Virus record (IMG/VR): IMGVR_UViG_2534682017_000001 | DNA from: an uncultured virus (IMG/VR IMGVR_UViG_2534682017_000001) | Taxonomy: Duplodnaviria > Heunggongvirae > Uroviricota > Caudoviricetes | Reading direction: 5' to 3' (one strand) | Length of the DNA stretch: 20,000 bases | Shown here: in pieces, positions 15,632 to 20,000 of the stretch | How the letters are laid out: the number at the start of each line of letters is the position of its first letter | Numbering within the stretch: position 1 is the first letter of the stretch | Program-made: the position numbers and the translations under genes | The notes under the pieces: model-generated | Databases searched by the model: none | What the model saw: only the letters and a program-made list of their open reading frames with translations | Told to the model about the DNA's origin: nothing

Positions 15632-15706
15632 TACCAAAAGAGTAAAAATTAATTTTTATAATTTTACCTAACAGGTATTTACTTTATTTTACCTAATAGG
15701 TATATT
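15632..15706 (+). promoter_or_regulatory. oL operators and pL promoter
   Basis: TACC-N5-GGTA at 15665-15677 and 15690-15702, a near match at 15632-15644; TTTACT-N17-TATATT at 15678-15706. Confidence 0.8.
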
Positions 15707-15782
15707 TTATTCATCAAGGCAACAAAAAAGCACACCGACTCTCTGACCTTTCGATGTGCTTTGCAAACTTTGCGAGATAAGT

Positions 15783-15971
15783 ATGAAACAAAATCCTATT
15801 CCTAGTCAAACAACTTCACGCCTGTATCAACACCCAACTGTTGAAGAACAGCGCCCTTCTCGTTTAGCTACCATTAAAGCGAATGTCATCGATTTCATTA
15901 AGTTTATTGCCCTTTCATTCATCCTTTGGGTCATTGCTGTAACTGCAGCAGCTTGGATGATGGGAGGCTGA
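15783..15971 (+). CDS. Small phage membrane protein (62 aa)
   Basis: ATG 15783 with GAG SD; C-terminal TM; first gene after pL. Confidence 0.7.
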   Translation: MKQNPIPSQTTSRLYQHPTVEEQRPSRLATIKANVIDFIKFIALSFILWVIAVTAAAWMMGG

Positions 15972-15973
15972 TC

Positions 15974-16303
15974 ATGAATGCTCAATTCAAACCACATCCA
16001 GATGGTATTAAAGCCTATATCGGCCATGACCGCTTAACGGGTCTTTACTCTGTACGTATCGACTGGACTGTTTATGCAGCTAATGCAAACGGCAGTGTGC
16101 TTTACACCGTAAAAGGTAAAGTAAAGACACCTTTAAATGTTGAAGAGTTTAAGGCTAAGCGCCCTAAGGTTTATACAGCCTTAATGAATGAGATTAGCTT
16201 TCAGCGCAAAAAAGCATTAGCAACTGCTCTAGAACTTAGCAACATCCCTTCATATGACCGCAAAGCTTACAAGAAGAAGCGCGGCTTTACGGGCAGCCGA
16301 TAG
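15974..16303 (+). CDS. Phage hypothetical protein (109 aa, basic C-terminus)
   Basis: GGAGG SD before ATG 15974. Confidence 0.75.
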   Translation: MNAQFKPHPDGIKAYIGHDRLTGLYSVRIDWTVYAANANGSVLYTVKGKVKTPLNVEEFKAKRPKVYTALMNEISFQRKKALATALELSNIPSYDRKAYKKKRGFTGSR

Positions 16304-16309
16304 GAGATT

Positions 16310-17386
16310 ATGAATATGTCAGTTTTCTTTAAAAAAGCAGAACGTAAAAACGCAAAACTACGCTTAGCAATAGCGGGTCCAACTGGTTCAGGTAAAACAT
16401 TTACGGCTTTGATTTTAGCTAAGGGTATTGGCGGGCGTATTGCTGTCGCTGATACGGAAAATAGTAGCGCTGAACTATATGAAGATTTAGTTGAGTTTGA
16501 GCATGCAAATATTCAACCTCCTTACACACCTGAAAAGTTTATTGAAGTTATTAAAGCTGCTGAAAAGGCTAACTTCGACACTTTAATTTTAGACAGCATT
16601 ACACATGAATGGTCTGGCGTAGGTGGATGCTTAGAAATTGTTGATCAATTAGCTTCTACCACATTCAAAGGTAATTCTTGGGGCGCATGGAGTCAGGTAA
16701 CTCCACGCCATCGAAAATTCATTGATGCAATGTTGCAGTCAAGCATAAATATCATTGTAACCATGCGCTCAAAAATGGAAACGATTCAAACCAACGACAA
16801 CGGCAAAAAGAAAGTTGAAAAAGTTGGAATGAAGGCAGAACAGCGTGATGGCATTGAATATGAATTTACCACTGTACTTGATTTAACTCATGACAATATT
16901 GCTGTGGCTACTAAAGACCGTTCACGTTTGTTTTTAGATCCAAGACAACTTGGTGAAAATGACGGAGTTTTATTAAAACAGTGGCTCCTTTCAGGTTCTG
17001 CTAATGCATGTATCAATGGCAATCAATATTTAGAACTTGAGCATTTAATGCTGCAAGCTGGTATCGATATTGAAAAGTTCTGCAAAAAGCGGAGTCTCAA
17101 TAGCCTTCATGATGTGAAACAACAAGTGTTTGAAGAGACATGTGAAGGCATTAAGAAAATCATTCAACAAAATCTACAGGCTCAGCAAGCCAATGAAAAA
17201 CAACTCATTGAGCAGCAAGAAAAGACCTTAGAAAGTGACTATCAAATAGCGCTTAAGCACATAGAGGCAGCTCAGTCACCTAATGATCTGGACTACTCTG
17301 TAAATTATTTCAAAGGCACTAAATACGAGCAAAACATACTTAATGTATGCACTGCTAAATCAGATATGGAAGGATGGACAACATGA
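16310..17386 (+). CDS. AAA_24 ATPase (Sak4-like recombination protein)
   Basis: Walker A GPTGSGKT, DTEN, Walker B LILDSITHEW, YEFTTVLDL, KDRS. Confidence 0.88.
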   Translation: MNMSVFFKKAERKNAKLRLAIAGPTGSGKTFTALILAKGIGGRIAVADTENSSAELYEDLVEFEHANIQPPYTPEKFIEVIKAAEKANFDTLILDSITHEWSGVGGCLEIVDQLASTTFKGNSWGAWSQVTPRHRKFIDAMLQSSINIIVTMRSKMETIQTNDNGKKKVEKVGMKAEQRDGIEYEFTTVLDLTHDNIAVATKDRSRLFLDPRQLGENDGVLLKQWLLSGSANACINGNQYLELEHLMLQAGIDIEKFCKKRSLNSLHDVKQQVFEETCEGIKKIIQQNLQAQQANEKQLIEQQEKTLESDYQIALKHIEAAQSPNDLDYSVNYFKGTKYEQNILNVCTAKSDMEGWTT

Positions 17387-18333
17387 ATAATTTAATTAGT
17401 GCAGCTGAAGCATTTACAGCCTTACAAGTTGGAAAAACTGTCTTATGCCGTCCTATCGGAGACATTCTGGATTTCGCAGAATTGGATCAATTCCCTGCCA
17501 CAATTTTTGCTAAATCAGGTTATGAATTCTGCATTAAAGTTGAAACTGTTCAATTAGCTGGATTCACCTTTACTAAGCCTTACGCTTTAGATGAACTACA
17601 GCAAGGCCAAGAAATCTTTGTCGTAAGTAATACTGGAAGTATTGTTAAAGGTGCTTTCATTCCTAATTACGAAGAACTCGTTAGTGCCGTTAAGAATGGT
17701 TTTGTTCAACGTGATGCTGCAAATGCAGAATTACAAATGAAAGCTTTTCAAAAAGCTTTAGGACTTGAATGTGAAATCATATTTAAAGAAGCGGATTTCA
17801 CTTCATTCATGAAAGCAGATGCAAAACTAAAGAAATCAAATTTAGTACGTATTGTTGAAGCTTTAGAGCAGCAAGAAGCTGAGCAGTTGAATAGCCAAAG
17901 TTCAACATCAAATGATGTTGAAAAAAAGACATTACCTGAAGCAGAGCAAAGAAACGATAGTATCGAAGATGATTATCAAAAAACCTTAGATACCCTTCTA
18001 CAACGAGTCAGTGAGTCAAAGACACCTGCAGAAGTAAACGCTGTTTATCGCTATACACGTGCGTGGACTGATAAGCAAATGGAACCTTTACTTCAAGCTA
18101 CGCATAAACGTTTAACCGAACTTGCAGAAGTAAAGCCTATAGATAGTGAGCCACCGTCGTTGTTGGTTCAAATCCAGACCGCATCCGACCTTACCACTTT
18201 AGATGCTTTGGAAATTGATGTTTCAGGAAGAGATCCACTAATTCAACCAAAGCTCATGGGAGCTGTTAAAAAGCGTCGCTTTGAATTAGAAAATGCCGCT
18301 TCCAACGAACCAGATTATTTACTGGAGGATTAA
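17383..18333 (+). CDS. Phage hypothetical protein
   Basis: Long ORF; ATGA overlap at 17383-17386 favours this start. Confidence 0.8.
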   Translation: MNNLISAAEAFTALQVGKTVLCRPIGDILDFAELDQFPATIFAKSGYEFCIKVETVQLAGFTFTKPYALDELQQGQEIFVVSNTGSIVKGAFIPNYEELVSAVKNGFVQRDAANAELQMKAFQKALGLECEIIFKEADFTSFMKADAKLKKSNLVRIVEALEQQEAEQLNSQSSTSNDVEKKTLPEAEQRNDSIEDDYQKTLDTLLQRVSESKTPAEVNAVYRYTRAWTDKQMEPLLQATHKRLTELAEVKPIDSEPPSLLVQIQTASDLTTLDALEIDVSGRDPLIQPKLMGAVKKRRFELENAASNEPDYLLED

Positions 18334-18335
18334 CA

Positions 18336-18479
18336 ATGAGCTTCCGTTACTCCTCTACTGCCCGAACACTCATTGTGTTCGGCAACCTGATGAATCATTA
18401 CTACGACAATGTGAACCCGTCTCAAATCGACAACTTGGTGGATGAGGCGAAATTTAAAGAAGCGACTTGGAGAAAGTAA
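18336..18479 (+). CDS. Small phage hypothetical protein (47 aa)
   Basis: Hand-translated MSFRYSSTARTLIVFGNLMNHYYDNVNPSQIDNLVDEAKFKEATWRK*; GGAGG SD; fills the intergenic gap. Confidence 0.7.
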   Translation: MSFRYSSTARTLIVFGNLMNHYYDNVNPSQIDNLVDEAKFKEATWRK

Positions 18480-18488
18480 GGAAGACCT

Positions 18489-18695
18489 ATGGCTTGTCTA
18501 ATCAAAGTATCTGAGTTTATTAAACGGGTTTATGGCGGCAAAGATGCAACCCCTCCAGCCCCTCAAACCATTACTCGTAGTTGCCGGCGTGGTGAATTAC
18601 CGGCTGAACAAATCGGCAGGATCTGGTACATAGACTGGGAGATTTACCGAAAACGTACCGGTAATGAACTTGTTGACCGCGTTTTAAGAGGTTGA
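18489..18695 (+). CDS. Excisionase-like protein
   Basis: 68 aa, TITRSCRRGELPAEQIGRIWYID (MerR-like winged HTH), immediately before the integrase. Confidence 0.8.
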   Translation: MACLIKVSEFIKRVYGGKDATPPAPQTITRSCRRGELPAEQIGRIWYIDWEIYRKRTGNELVDRVLRG

Positions 18696-18696
18696 A

Positions 18697-19827
18697 ATGG
18701 CAAGGCCTCGTAATACAAAGAACAAAGACTTACCAGCTAACCTTTATCGTGGTGAAGGTAGTGCATGGCGCTATCGACATCCGGTAACTGGTAAGTTTCA
18801 TTCAATGGGTTCTGATAAATCAAAAGCGATCATAGCAGCACGGAAACTTAATGAATTACTCATCCCGTCAGATGATCTGATTGGTAAAGTTATGGGTGGA
18901 GTGTTTTTTGGTGAATTTGCAAATGAGTACTTAGCAAATAAACGACGTAAAGATGGTAAACCAGTAGCCAGCACAACAATTGAAAGTTATAGATCTTATC
19001 TGGAACGATGCAAACTTAAATGGGGTGATTTACGAATAGACCAGATCACTCTGTTTATGGCCAATCAACTTCTAGACGATATGACGGCATCATCCAGCAA
19101 TGGATGTCGTGGGGTTTTAATTGATCTGTTTAATGTGGCTGTCAGCAAAGGATTATGTCCAGATAATCCTATTGAAGCCACGATGCCTAAACATTCAAAG
19201 CGCCAACGAAGAAGACATACGTTAGAAGGCTTGGAACTTGTTCGTAAGCACTCTCCTGCATGGCTTCAAAATGCGATTGATTTGGCCTTGTTAACCACAC
19301 AGAGACGAGTCGATATCCTGAAAATGAAGTGGACTGATATTGTTGATGGTTATTTGCACGTTGCTCAGGAGAAAACCACTGATAACCCAGAAGATGAGTT
19401 TGAGATTTCTGAAGGTGCCGGTTATGTGAGAATTAAAATTGATAATGAACTTCAACAAGTTTTAAATCGTTGTAAAGATAATGTGGTTAGTCCTTTTATT
19501 ATTCACCGCGTACCAATTAAACAAGGCAAAAAGCGAAAATATGAGAAAGAACACTGGACCCAAATTGATAATCAGTATTTATCTTCAAACTTTTTAAAAG
19601 CAGTTAAGAAGTCAAATGCATATCCCAACTTAACAGGTAGACAATTACCGACCTTTCATGAAATTAGAGCTCTAGCTATTTTCTTGCATAAAAAAGCGGG
19701 TAAATCTGCTCAGGCATTAGCTGGACATACTAGCAAGAAAATGACTGAACATTATGAAGCTGGTCATGAAATTATATGGAATGATGTGGACGTAGGTATT
19801 AAATTACCATTTGCCGAAATGACATAA
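18697..19827 (+). CDS. int: Tyrosine recombinase/integrase, lambda-type with arm-binding N-terminus
   Basis: WRYRHPVTGKFHSMG arm-binding domain; catalytic R (TTQRRVD), H-x-x-R (FHEIR), LAGH, and Y (EHYE). Confidence 0.95.
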   Translation: MARPRNTKNKDLPANLYRGEGSAWRYRHPVTGKFHSMGSDKSKAIIAARKLNELLIPSDDLIGKVMGGVFFGEFANEYLANKRRKDGKPVASTTIESYRSYLERCKLKWGDLRIDQITLFMANQLLDDMTASSSNGCRGVLIDLFNVAVSKGLCPDNPIEATMPKHSKRQRRRHTLEGLELVRKHSPAWLQNAIDLALLTTQRRVDILKMKWTDIVDGYLHVAQEKTTDNPEDEFEISEGAGYVRIKIDNELQQVLNRCKDNVVSPFIIHRVPIKQGKKRKYEKEHWTQIDNQYLSSNFLKAVKKSNAYPNLTGRQLPTFHEIRALAIFLHKKAGKSAQALAGHTSKKMTEHYEAGHEIIWNDVDVGIKLPFAEMT

Positions 19828-20000
19828 GATTGGGCTGCAAAACCCTTTCTTAAGTTATTGTTTTCTAATAATTCTATATGTTCGAAAAGTTCTATAATAA
19901 TTAAAATAAAAAATATAATAAAATTCTTTAAAATCAATAGCTTTAAAATAAATGCTATATATAATTTCTCCCTAAAGAATAAATATTTTAGAAATTCCAT

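Larger units (their letters stand above)
1..19827. mobile_element. Lambdoid prophage, early/regulatory half (integrase through start of late region); continues beyond the left edge
   Basis: Lambda-like order int-xis-recombination-oL-cI/cro/cII-replication-Q-pR'-late genes; many ATGA/TAATG coupled genes. Confidence 0.93.

Noticed and set aside
15827..16027. 66-aa minus-strand ORF
   Set aside because: Shadow of the pL-operon genes.
19764..20000. 78-aa minus-strand ORF, and an att site after the integrase
   Set aside because: The ORF is low-complexity AT-rich and overlaps int. An att site is expected nearby, but the partner repeat is outside the window and no tRNA end is visible, so it cannot be placed.

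Overview
AT-rich window holding the early half of a lambdoid (temperate) prophage whose gene content looks Acinetobacter-like (host assignment is from recall, not a search). From right to left it contains a tyrosine integrase and excisionase, a pL-type operon (AAA_24/Sak4-like ATPase and small genes), and an immunity region (cI-like S24 repressor, cro-like and cII-like genes, TACC-N5-GGTA operators at both oR and oL). Next come an HNH nuclease, an HTH replication initiator with internal iterons, a DUF559-like nuclease, a Q-like antiterminator, a pR'-like late promoter and the first late genes. Two accessory loci stand out. (i) A ~6.3 kb cargo block between Q and the late promoter encodes a 3-TM protein followed by two unannotated Pro-rich micropeptides, a HEPN-like/Zn-finger protein, a small 2-TM protein plus an LPO_1073/Vpar_1526-like protein, a multi-TM protein, an inverted Nudix + SRA-HNH pair, and an alpha/beta hydrolase. 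(ii) A HipA-like kinase + DUF3037-like pair sits in the lambda rexAB position between cI and oL. The best candidate for a new system is the 2-TM/LPO_1073-like pair. The C-terminus of one and the N-terminus of the other share an ungapped 22-aa N/Q/S/I-rich motif (11/22 identical), an arrangement typical of amyloid-signalling modules.
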